This document shows positions 22,723 through 32,968 of a stretch of 64,000 bases of DNA, one piece after another; position 1 is the first letter of the stretch, and each line of letters opens with the position of its first letter. Under the pieces are notes generated by a model. It saw nothing but the letters and a program-made list of their open reading frames with translations. It had not been told where the DNA came from and searched no databases. The position numbers and the translations under genes are program-made. Source of the DNA: an uncultured delta proteobacterium (GTDB taxonomy: Bacteria > Desulfobacterota > Binatia > UBA9968); assembly GCA_963760795.1 (NCBI GenBank), contig CAVXEP010000032.1, forward strand, positions 320,001 through 384,000, read 5' to 3'.

Positions 22723-23647
22723 ATATTTAATCACTGGCGGCGCGGGTTTCATCGGCTCCCACCTGTGCGAGTATTTTCTCGATCAAGGGCACCAAGTCCT
22801 GTGCATGGATAACTACTCTACAGGTGCCAATGAAAATATCGGCCAGTTTCTGAAAAATCCCCGCTTTCGCTTCATCGATCACAATGTTAGCCGCTATATC
22901 GAAGTGCCAGAGCCCCTGGACTTTGTCCTGCACTTCGCCTCGCCGGCGAGTCCGGTGGATTATTTGGAGCTGCCGATTCCGACTTTAAAAGTTGGCGCCT
23001 TGGGCACCCATAACTCTCTCGGCCTGGCGAAAGAGAAAGGCGCCACCTATCTGCTCGCTTCGACGTCGGAGGTTTATGGCGACCCGCTGGTGCGGCCGCA
23101 GAATGAAGAGTACTGGGGCAACGTCAATCCGATTGGACCGCGCGGCGTTTACGATGAGGCCAAACGGTTTGCCGAGGCGATGACCATGGCATACCACCGG
23201 TTCCATCAGCTCGACACGCGGATCGTGCGCATTTTTAACACCTACGGGCCGCGCATGCGCATCCGCGACGGCCGGGTGGTGCCCAACTTTATTATGCAGG
23301 CGCTCAAAGGTGAGCCGCTGACGGTCTATGGCCAAGGGCAACAGACGCGCAGCTTCCAATACATCGACGATCTGATCGCCGGGCTCGACAAGCTGATCAA
23401 GTCCGATCACCATCTACCGGTAAATATCGGCAACCCTTACGAGATGACGGTTTTGGAATTCGCCAAGAAAATTATCGAAATGACCCAATCTAAGAGCGAA
23501 ATCATTTACAAACCACTGCCGGAAGACGACCCGCAGGTGCGCCAACCGGACATCGCCAAGGCCAGAAACATTCTCGGCTGGGAGCCCAAGATTAAACTGG
23601 AAGAGGGCTTGGTCAAGACCATCGATTATTTCAGAACCAAACTGTAG
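22715..23647 (+). CDS. UDP-glucuronate decarboxylase (UDP-xylose synthase)
   Basis: [44 protein letters not shown]. Confidence 0.92.
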   Translation: MARYLITGGAGFIGSHLCEYFLDQGHQVLCMDNYSTGANENIGQFLKNPRFRFIDHNVSRYIEVPEPLDFVLHFASPASPVDYLELPIPTLKVGALGTHNSLGLAKEKGATYLLASTSEVYGDPLVRPQNEEYWGNVNPIGPRGVYDEAKRFAEAMTMAYHRFHQLDTRIVRIFNTYGPRMRIRDGRVVPNFIMQALKGEPLTVYGQGQQTRSFQYIDDLIAGLDKLIKSDHHLPVNIGNPYEMTVLEFAKKIIEMTQSKSEIIYKPLPEDDPQVRQPDIAKARNILGWEPKIKLEEGLVKTIDYFRTKL

Positions 23648-23657
23648 GAGCGAAACT

Positions 23658-24584
23658 GTGAAAATCGTCGTTACCGGCGGCGCCGGCTTTATCGCCTCGA
23701 ACATCACCGACGCCTATATCGAGCGCGGCCACGAAGTTCATATCTTCGATGATTTTTCCACTGGGCAGCGCAGCAATGTCAACGCTCAGGCGACCTTGCA
23801 CCAGATCGATATCGCCGATCGTCAAAGCAGCCAGCTCATCGAGCAAATCAAGCCCGATATTTTGAGTCATCACGCGGCGCAAATGGACGTGCGCCACTCG
23901 GTGGCCGACCCGACCTTCGACGCGCGGGTGAATATTTTGGGTTTTATTAATTTGCTCGAGGGCTGTAAGAACGCCGGCGTCAAGAAAGTGATCTTCGCTT
24001 CTTCCGGCGGCGCGGTCTATGGCGAGCAAGAGAGTTTTCCCGCAGCGGAAAGCCATGCGACGCAACCGGCCAGTCCCTACGGCGTGAGCAAGCGCACCGG
24101 CGAATTGTATCTCTCGTATTATCGCCAGGCGTTCGGGTTACCGTACATCGCCCTGCGTTATGCCAATGTTTACGGCCCGCGCCAGTCGGCCCAAGGCGAG
24201 GCCGGGGTGGTGGCGATCTTCCTGTCCCTGCTATTGACGGGTAAAACGCCGGTCATCAATGGCGACGGCAAGCAAAGCCGCGATTATGTTTACGTCGGCG
24301 ATGTCGTCGCGGCCAATGTCGCGGCCCTCGACAGTGCCTTTGTCGGTCCGGTCAACATCGGTACCGGCGTCGAAACCGACGTGGTGGCGATCTACAATCA
24401 TTTGCGCGACGCCTTGGGCAGTCAGCTGCAAGCGCAACATGGCCCGGCAAAACCGGGAGAACAGCGGCGCAGCTGCATCGATAATCGGCGCGCCGGAGAA
24501 GTTTTGGGCTGGCGGCCGCAAGTGGCACTGGCCGACGGACTGCAACGCACGGCGGCTTATTATCGCGAACATTTGGCCAAATGA
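23658..24584 (+). CDS. NAD-dependent epimerase (GalE-like)
   Basis: [29 protein letters not shown]. Confidence 0.9.
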   Translation: MKIVVTGGAGFIASNITDAYIERGHEVHIFDDFSTGQRSNVNAQATLHQIDIADRQSSQLIEQIKPDILSHHAAQMDVRHSVADPTFDARVNILGFINLLEGCKNAGVKKVIFASSGGAVYGEQESFPAAESHATQPASPYGVSKRTGELYLSYYRQAFGLPYIALRYANVYGPRQSAQGEAGVVAIFLSLLLTGKTPVINGDGKQSRDYVYVGDVVAANVAALDSAFVGPVNIGTGVETDVVAIYNHLRDALGSQLQAQHGPAKPGEQRRSCIDNRRAGEVLGWRPQVALADGLQRTAAYYREHLAK

Positions 24585-26375
24585 AACTCGATCATATTCG
24601 AAATTTTTCCATCATCGCCCATATCGACCATGGTAAGTCGACTTTGGCCGACCGGTTGCTGGAGTTCACCGGCGCGGTCAGCGCGCGCGAAAGAACCGAT
24701 CAGATTCTCGATAGCATGGAACTTGAACGGGAGCGCGGCATTACCATCAAGGCCAGCCCGGTATGCCTGCGCTACCGCGCCAAGGACGGCAAAGAGTACA
24801 AGCTCAATCTCATCGATACACCGGGTCATGTCGATTTCACCTATGAAGTGTCGCGTAGTTTGGCCGCTTGCGAAGGCGCTTTATTGATCGTCGACGCGGC
24901 CCAAGGCGTCGAAGCGCAGACCGTCGCCAATGTTCACATGGCGCTGGATCTCAATCTCGAAGTCCTGCCAGTGATCAACAAGATCGATTTGCCCAGCGCC
25001 GAGCCGGAACGGGTCAGACAGGAGATCGAGGATGTCATCGGGCTCGATGCTTCGAATGCGATCCTGGCCAGCGCGAAAGAGGGCGTCGGCATCGAAGATA
25101 TTCTCGAAGCGGTGATCCACTTTTTTCCGCCGCCCCAGGGCGATGTCAACGCGCCATTGACGGCGTCGATCATCGATTGTTGGTTCGACCCTTATCACGG
25201 CGCGGTGGTGATGGTGCGGGTGATGGACGGCCAAGTCGCCAAGGGCTCGCGGATTCGCATGATGTCGAGCGGCCGGAGCTTTGAAGTAACCCGGACCGGC
25301 GTCTATTCGCCCGGCCCGGCGGAAACCACCGGACTCAACGCCGGCGAAGTCGGTTTCATCATGGCCGGCATCAAAGAAGTCTCCGAAACGCGCATCGGCG
25401 ATACCATTACGCTGGACGATAATCCCGCCAGCAAAGCGCTGCCCGGTTACAAACCGATGAAACCGATGGTCTTCAGCGGTCTCTATCCGACCGAGGCGCA
25501 TCAGTATCAGGCGCTGCGCGATGCCCTCGACAAGCTCCGTTTGAACGACTCGTCGTTTACATTCGAGCCGGAAACGTCGCAGGCTTTGGGTTTCGGATTC
25601 CGCTGCGGCTTTTTGGGCCTGTTGCATTTGGACATCATCCGCGAACGGCTCGAACGGGAATTTAGCTTAAGCCTGATTACCACCGCGGCGACGGTTATCT
25701 ACCAGGTGACCAAGGTGACCGGCGAAGTCTTGCTGATCGACAATCCGGTGCGCATGCCCAACGAAGGCGATATCCAAAAGATCGAAGAGCCGATCATCGA
25801 CGCGTCGATCCATTTGCCCCAGGAATTCCTGGGCGGCAGTCCTAGGGCTGTGCCAGGAGAAGCGCGGCACACAGAAAGAAATTCGCTATCTCGGCCCCAA
25901 GCGGGTGATGCTCGCCTACGAGTTGCCGCTCAACGAGATCGTCGCCGATTTTTACGATCGCCTGAAATCGGTGAGTCGCGGTTACGCGTCAATGGAGTAT
26001 GAGCTGGCCGGCTATCGCGAATCTGACTTGGTCAAACTCGACGTGCGCATCAATGGCGACATCGTCGACGCCATGTCGATGATCGTGCACCGCGACAACG
26101 CTTATTACCGCGGCCGCGATTTGGTGCAAAAGATGCGCTCACTGATCCCGCGGCAGATGTTCGAAGTGGTGATCCAGGCCGCTATCGGCAGCCGAATCGT
26201 CTCCCGCGAAGCGGTCAAGGCGCTGCGCAAGAACGTCATCGCCAAATGTTATGGCGGCGATATTTCGCGCAAACGCAAACTGCTGGAAAAGCAAAAAGAG
26301 GGGAAGAAGCGCATGAAGCAGGTGGGCAAGGTGGAAATCCCCCAAGAGGCTTTTCTTGCCGCGCTAAAGGTGTAA
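24581..26375 (+). CDS. lepA: Elongation factor 4 (one frameshift near 25835)
   Basis: [32 protein letters not shown]; C-terminus [18 protein letters not shown] in the next frame. Confidence 0.97.
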
Positions 26376-26387
26376 ATTGGAGACTTC

Positions 26388-27044
26388 ATGGCTGAAAAAG
26401 TAAAAAACCAAGTAGTGGCTGAGGGCAGCGTGGCGCCAAAAGCCAAATCGACGTTTCGCGAGTATGCCGAAGCGATCTTGATGGCGTTGATCCTGGCGCT
26501 GTTTATTCGCACTTTCATCGTCCAGGCTTTCAAAATTCCGTCGGGTTCGATGATCCCGACCTTGGCGATCGGCGATCATATCCTCGTCAACAAACTCTCC
26601 TACGGCGTGCGCCTACCCTTTTTAGAAAAGTATCTGATCGACTTCGGCGCACCGGCGCGCGGCGATGTGATCGTCTTCATTTACCCCGAGGACCGCTCGA
26701 AAGATTTCATCAAACGGGTGGTCGGTGTGGCCGGCGACAACGTCGAAGTGCGCAGCAAGAAGGTTTTCATCAACGGCCAAGCGGTGGAGGATAGCCACGC
26801 CCACTTCGAAGGTTACGATCCCCAGTTGGGCGGCACGGTGAACGGCGACAACTACGGGCCGAAGGTCGTTCCCGAAGGCCATGTCTTCGTCATGGGCGAC
26901 AATCGCGATCGCAGCTATGACAGCCGCTTCTGGGGTTATGTCAATTTGAGCGAAGTGCGCGGCAAAGCCTTCTTGATCTATTGGTCCTGGGACGGCATCG
27001 ACCGCTGGGTGCGCTGGGAGCGGTTGGGCAATTTGATCCGGTAG
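26388..27044 (+). CDS. lepB: Signal peptidase I
   Basis: IPSGSMIPTL, FIKRVVG, MGDNRDRSYDSRFWG; follows lepA. Confidence 0.97.
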   Translation: MAEKVKNQVVAEGSVAPKAKSTFREYAEAILMALILALFIRTFIVQAFKIPSGSMIPTLAIGDHILVNKLSYGVRLPFLEKYLIDFGAPARGDVIVFIYPEDRSKDFIKRVVGVAGDNVEVRSKKVFINGQAVEDSHAHFEGYDPQLGGTVNGDNYGPKVVPEGHVFVMGDNRDRSYDSRFWGYVNLSEVRGKAFLIYWSWDGIDRWVRWERLGNLIR

Positions 27045-27097
27045 CCGATGACGCAAACGGCAACGCTTGAGTACCGACTGAAAGTGCGAGTTCGTGC

Positions 27098-27385
27098 ATG
27101 ACGAAAAAAATCAAAATACTTCTGACCGGATTGTCACTCTTGGTCTTGCTCCTGGTGTTGGTCAATATCTTTATCGGCGTCGGCAATCAGTCGATCCAGA
27201 GCGATGTCAGCGAGCGCCAGCAAATCATCAGCCAGACTATGCAGCTCGATGCGCTCAACCGCCAGCTTATCAATGTACTTGCCAATCTCGCGATGAAGAC
27301 AAACGACGAGCCGCTCATGGGCGTACTAGCCGCGGCCGGCATCAACTTACAAGCGGGTCCACAAACCAAGCCGCCGGCGAAGTGA
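27098..27385 (+). CDS. Small single-TM coiled-coil hypothetical protein
   Basis: N-terminal TM then Q/N-rich heptads; co-oriented after lepB. Confidence 0.75.
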   Translation: MTKKIKILLTGLSLLVLLLVLVNIFIGVGNQSIQSDVSERQQIISQTMQLDALNRQLINVLANLAMKTNDEPLMGVLAAAGINLQAGPQTKPPAK

Positions 27386-27392
27386 GACATCC

Positions 27393-27783
27393 ATGGACAA
27401 CGAAAACAATAACGACATTGACGCCAGCACCAGCGAAGAAGAATTCGCCAGTGCGCCGATGGCAACTCAATCGAACCTGCCGCTGATTATTACGTTGGTC
27501 GCACTGATCACCTATTTCGGCTTTCAAACCGTCTCCTTACTCGCCGAACGGAGCAACCTCGGCCTGATCAAGGGCAGCCAAGAAACTGCCCTCCAAGAAG
27601 CGCAAAAGACCCAAGCCCAATTCAGGACCATCGTTACGAAGACCGGCGAACTCGCCGACAAAGGCCACGGCGGCGCTAAGATGGTCATGGAAGGCTTGCA
27701 GCGCCAAGGCATGGGCATGGCCCGGACCTACCAAGTCTCCTGAGACGGTTCCAGATAAGGCGGAAGCCAAACCCGCTAAGTAG
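27393..27783 (+). CDS. Small single-TM coiled-coil hypothetical protein (probable frameshift near 27725)
   Basis: Acidic N-terminus, TM, heptads; alternative frame ends ...PDKAEAKPAK* at 27783, like the neighbour's ...KPPAK*. Confidence 0.7.
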
Positions 27784-27861
27784 TTTCACACCGTTCCGTT
27801 AGCCTCCGACCCGTAGGTTGGGTTAGCCAAGCGTAACCCAACAGTTCGATTCCTTCATCAC

Positions 27862-28112
27862 CTAGTGTAGTGCCTCTTAAATCAAGGCACTTATCTTCGA
27901 TCTAACCCGTTGCCAGAACTACCGAGAGTTCACCACGAGGCAAGTATCTAGCGCGGTCCCGAGCAATCCAATGGGAAATATTTTTTCGCCACGAAGGATA
28001 CGAAGCAGCACGAGGATCGGAGTGTTGGTCATCCGAACCCTTGGTGTCCTTCGTGAGCTTCGTGATGAGTACTTCCCCGATAGACTACCAACAGCGTGAG
28101 ACACTCCACTAG
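27862..28112. mobile_element. MITE-like element with CTAG-bounded 15-bp TIRs
   Basis: CTAGTGTAGTGCCTC ... GAGACACTCCACTAG (13/15 inverted identity), no credible ORF. Confidence 0.55.
27987..28068. repeat. Period-9 (CACGAAG)n ... (CTTCGTG)n hairpin
   Basis: CCACGAAGGATACGAAGCAGCACGAGG ... CCTTGGTGTCCTTCGTGAGCTTCGTG. Confidence 0.8.
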
Positions 28113-28227
28113 TGATCATGATCTAAAAAGGTCTGATCACTTCTCTAAATCGTGGGAATCGCCAGGTTACACTGCGTTAACCAGACCTACGTTCAGTGTG
28201 ACTTACCTGACGATTTCCGATTGCTTA

Positions 28228-28256
28228 TTGACCCTCCGCGTAATTCCCTTTAGCTT
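28228..28256 (+). promoter_or_regulatory. Putative sigma70 promoter of lhr
   Basis: TTGACC-N17-TAGCTT, 30 nt before start. Confidence 0.45.
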
Positions 28257-28286
28257 GGGACTTTAATTATTGCGGAGAATTTCAGC

Positions 28287-31200
28287 TTGAACGACCTATT
28301 TCATCCCTTAGTCGAGCGCTGGTTTACCGAACGATTTCACCAGCCGACGCCGGCGCAAGCCGCCGGTTGGCAGTCCATTGCCGCCGGCAAGGCGACGTTG
28401 ATCGCCGCGCCCACCGGCTCTGGTAAGACGCTCGCGGCGTTTCTTTGGTCCATCGACAGATTGATCAAGCAGGCGCTCGGCGGTGCGCTGCAGGAGCGCA
28501 CCAGCGTCGTCTACGTCTCGCCCTTAAAAGCTCTCGGCAACGATATCGCCAAGAACCTCCAGGCGCCGCTGGCGGAGATTTATCAATTGGCGGGACGCGA
28601 GGGGATTCTTTTGCCGTCGATTCGGGTGGCGGTGCGCTCGGGGGATACGCCGGCGCGGGAGCGCCAGGCGATGGTGCGCCGGCCGCCGCATATTCTCATT
28701 ACCACGCCGGAGTCGCTGTATATTCTGCTCACTTCGGCGCGCAGCCGGGAATTTCTCCGCTCCGCCGAGACTTTGATCCTCGACGAAATTCACGCCATCG
28801 CTCAGGACAAACGTGGCGCCCATCTAGCGCTTTCTATCGAACGGCTGGCAGCCTTGGCCGAGCGGCCATTGCAGCGCATCGGCTTGAGCGCGACGCAGAA
28901 ACCGATCGACGAAGTGGCGCGGCTCTTGGTCGGGACGCGACAGATTCGCGACGATGGCACGCCTGATTGTTCGATTGTCGATGTCGGCCATCAGCGCGAG
29001 ATGGAACTGCGCATCGAAGTGCCGGACGAAGAGTTGGGACCGATCATTCGCCAGGATATCTGGGCGGCGGTTTACGACAAGCTGGTCGAGCAAATTAAAG
29101 CTCATCGGACGACATTGATCTTCGTCAACACCCGCCGCCTGGTCGAGCGGGTCTCGCATCAATTGAGCGAACGGCTGGGCGAAGACAAAGTCGGCGCCCA
29201 TCATGGCAGCCTGTCGCGCAAAACCCGGCTGGAGGTCGAGGAGAAACTCAAATCCGGTCATTATCCGGTGGTGGTCGCCACGGCGTCCCTAGAACTCGGT
29301 ATCGATATCGGCCATGTCGACGTGGTCTGCCACATCGGCTCGCCGCGTAATCTGGCGGTGTTGCTGCAACGGGTTGGCCGCTCCGGCCACTGGCTCGGCG
29401 CGATTCCCAAGGGGCTTTTCTATCCGCTGACGCGGGACGATCTCATGCAGTCGGTGGCGGCGATTCGCGCCGTGCGCCAGGGGCAGTTGGACAAGTTAAA
29501 TTTGATTCACAAACCGCTGGATATCTTGGCGCAGCAGATGGTGGCGACGGTGGCGAGTTCCAGATTGGCCGCAAAGAACGCAAAGGGCGCAAATGACGAA
29601 GAGGGGATTTCCGAAGAAGCGCTGTGGCTACTCATGCGCGCCGCCTATCCGTACCGTGATTTGCAGCGGCAAGAGTTCGAGCAGGTTCTGGAAATGCTCA
29701 GCGAAGGCGTCGAGACCCGGCGCAGCCGGCGCAGCGCTTATATTCATCGCGATCGGATTAACGGCATGCTGCGGCCGCGCCGCGGCGCGCGCTTGACGGC
29801 GATCACCAACGGCGGAGCGATTCCCGATACCGCGGATTACAATGTTGTCGAATTTGCCAGCGAGACCTTTGTTGGCACGGTGCACGAAGATTTCGCCATC
29901 GAGAGTTTGGCCGGGGATATTTTTCTTTTGGGCAACCGCTCCTGGCGCATTCGCCGCGTCGGTTCCGGCAAAGTATGGGTTGACGACGCCCAGGGGTTGC
30001 CGCCGAGTATTCCATTCTGGATGGGCGAGGCGCCGGCGCGCACGCTGGAGTTATCTCAGGCGGTCGCCGATTTGCGCATCGCGGTGGCGGAGCGGATCGG
30101 CGATCGCATCGCGGCGGCGAGCTGGCTTCAGGACGAAGTATCGATGCCCCAAGCCGCGGCCGAGCAGATCGTCAACTACGTCGCCGATACCGTCGCCGTC
30201 CTCGGCACCGTGCCATCGCAGGATAAGATCATCGCCGAACGTTTTTTCGACGAGGCCGGCGGCATGCAGTTGATTCTCCATGCGCCGTGGGGCGGGCGAA
30301 TCAATCGCGCCTGGGGCTTGGCATTGCGCAAGCGTTTCTGCGTCAGCTTCGACCGCGAGCTGCAAGCCGCGGCCACCGACGACGGCATTTGTATCTCGCT
30401 CGTCGAACAGCATTCATTTCCGCTCAGCGACGTGTTCGCCATGCTCAAGCCGGCGATCCTCGAATACAATCTCACTCAAGCGGTGCTGGCGTCGCCGATG
30501 TTTACCAATCGCTGGCGTTGGAACGCGACCCGGGCACTGGCGCTCAAGCGCAGTAACGGCGGTGCAAAAATCCCGGTGGCGATCCAGCGCATGCGCGCCG
30601 AAGATCTGCTCGCGGCGGTGTTTCCCGAACAGGTGATGTGCCAAGACAACCGCAGCGGCGGTGTGGCGCTGCCGGATCATCCGCTGGTGAAAGAAACCAT
30701 CGGCGACTGTTTGCATGAGGCGATGGACATCGACGGCCTGTCGGCGCTGCTCGCCAAGATCGACAGCGGCGAGATCGCCACTCTGGCCATCGACACACCG
30801 GCGCCGTCGCCGATGGCCCATGAAATCTTGAACGCCAATCCCTACGCTTTCCTCGACGATGCGCCATTGGAGGAGCGGCGGGCGCGGGCGGTGTCGCTGC
30901 GCCGGGTCGATCCGCGGTTGGACCGGGAGTTTGGCCAGCTCGATCCCCAGGCCATCGCCGAGGTCTGCAAACAAGCCTGGCCCGAGGCACGCAACGCCGA
31001 TGAGTTGCATGATTTGCTCTTGGGCATATGCATACTGCCGGCGGACTTGCGCCGCGACTGGCAGTCTCTTGCCGGCGAATTGATCGATCACGGCCGTGCG
31101 ACAGTCGCGACCTGGCAGGCTCCAAATGGCGCGCAGCGCGCCATCGTCGCCGCCGAGCGAGTCGATTTGATCAAGATTTGTTTACCGGAGGTTTCTTTCT

Positions 31201-32665
31201 CCCCGGCGATCGCGCTGCCTCTCGGTTTTGCCGAGACCGTGGCGACGGCGGAAGATGCCATCAAGAAAATCGTTCAAGGCTGGCTCGAAGTGAGCGGACC
31301 GGTCAGCGCCGCGGCGCTCGCGACGCGCATTGGCCTGCCGGTCAATAAAGTCGACGCCGCGCTGCTTGCCTTGGAAAGCGCTGGGGTGGCGATGCGCGGT
31401 CAATTCACCGGGCACATTCTTGGCGCTCAAAATGCGGAAGCCGTCGAGTGGTGCGATCGGGTATTGCTCGCGCGCATTCATCGTTTGACCCTGGGCAAGA
31501 TGCGCCGCGAGATTGAACCGGTATCGGCGGCCGACTTCGTCAATTTTCTTGTTCACTGGCAACACGCCGCGCCTGCTAGCAGATTGCGCGGGCGGGACGG
31601 CGTGCTGCGGGTGATTGAACAGTTACAGGGCTTGGAATTGCCCGCGCCGGCTTGGGAGCAGCATGTGCTGCCGGCGCGCATCGAAACTTACGACCCCGCC
31701 GACCTGGAGCACCTCTGTCTAAGCGGCATCGTCGCATGGGGCAGGCTGCGCAACGATACCCTGCCCGAAGAGCTCAGCCTAGCCGAAGACTCCTTCCGGC
31801 AAGAGGTTGAAACGGTTGCTGGCGCCGGCGCGTAATGCGCCCATCGGTTTTATCCTGCGTGACGAGCTGGAAAATTATCTCGAACCGATGCACGGCCGCT
31901 ACACCGAGATCCCGAGCCTGTCGGCCATGGCGCTGGAGGTGGCGCGCTATCTTGAGCAGCAGGGAGCTTCCTTTCTCGCCGATATCGCCCGAGACACCGG
32001 CCTGCTCAAAGTGAAAGTCGAAGAGGCACTCTGGCAACTGGTCGCTCATGGGTTAGCTAGCGGCGACGGCATCGCCGGCTTACGCGTGCTCCTGACTCCC
32101 GAACACAAACGTGTCGAACGGCGCCGCAGTCTGCGCTTGATTAGCGGCGGGCGCAATTCCGAGCGGGCCATGCCGGTGGGGCGATGGTCGCTGTGGCGCG
32201 CGAAATTCTCGAAACTAGAAGTCAGCAGCACGAGCCGTATGGAACGCCAGGCGCGCCAGCTGTTACAGCGCTACGGCGTGGTGTTTCGCGACCTATTGGC
32301 GCGCGAATCCAGCAACGGGTCGCTGGGGCAGTTGGCGTAATTTATTGGCGATTTACCGCCGCTTGGAGGCGCGCGGCGAGATCCGCGGCGGCCGTTTCGT
32401 TAATGGCTTTGTCGGTGAGCAGTTTGCCTTGCCGGAGGCAGTGGAGCGCTTGCGTGAGTTGCGCCGCGGCCAAGCGGCAACCAGCGAAATATTGCTGGCC
32501 GCCGCCGATCCGCTGAATGTTGCCGGGATACTGACCCCAGGGCCGCGCATCTCGCCCTATTCCAATCAATCCCTCGCTTACCGCAACGGCGAAATGATCG
32601 ACTCGGGTCTTCTCGGCGAACTGAGGAGTCGTCTGCAGCCGCCAGGAAGCAGCAGTCGAACTTGA
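28287..32665 (+). CDS. lhr: Lhr-like ATP-dependent helicase, full length with C-terminal winged-helix/HTH_42 region (two frameshifts)
   Basis: [42 protein letters not shown]; C-terminal [35 protein letters not shown] in successive frames. Confidence 0.93.
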
Positions 32666-32968
32666 TCGTTGACGCTAACGGTAGACGAAAACTACCGGGC
32701 GCGAATTCTCGGTGTTAACTAAAAGTTTTTCTTATCCAGTTTGCTGTAACCGCGGGTCTCGCCTTGCCTCTCTCCATTGACGCGTCGTCCATGGGATTCC
32801 TCCGCCAAGAGCTTGCGGTGAATTTAGGCTTGATGTAACTCTCTCATCATGGTTGTGATGCAATAACAACCATTGGCAGCGCAAGAAAATTTATTGAACG
32901 ACATAAAACTCTTCGCGATGGCTAGAGTTTATCCACGACAACTCTGAACGGTTAACGAGGAAATCATC

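Larger units (their letters stand above)
27813..28190. repeat. Inverted pair of GTAG-type REP sequences
   Basis: GTAGGTTGGGTTAGCCAAGCGTAACCCAAC at 27813; reverse-strand GTAGGTCTGGTTAACGCAGTGTAACC ending at 28190. Confidence 0.7.

Noticed and set aside
25820-25860. Programmed frameshifting in lepA and other split genes
   Set aside because: No slippery heptamer or consistent stimulatory structure; similar indels occur throughout the window, so error is more parsimonious.
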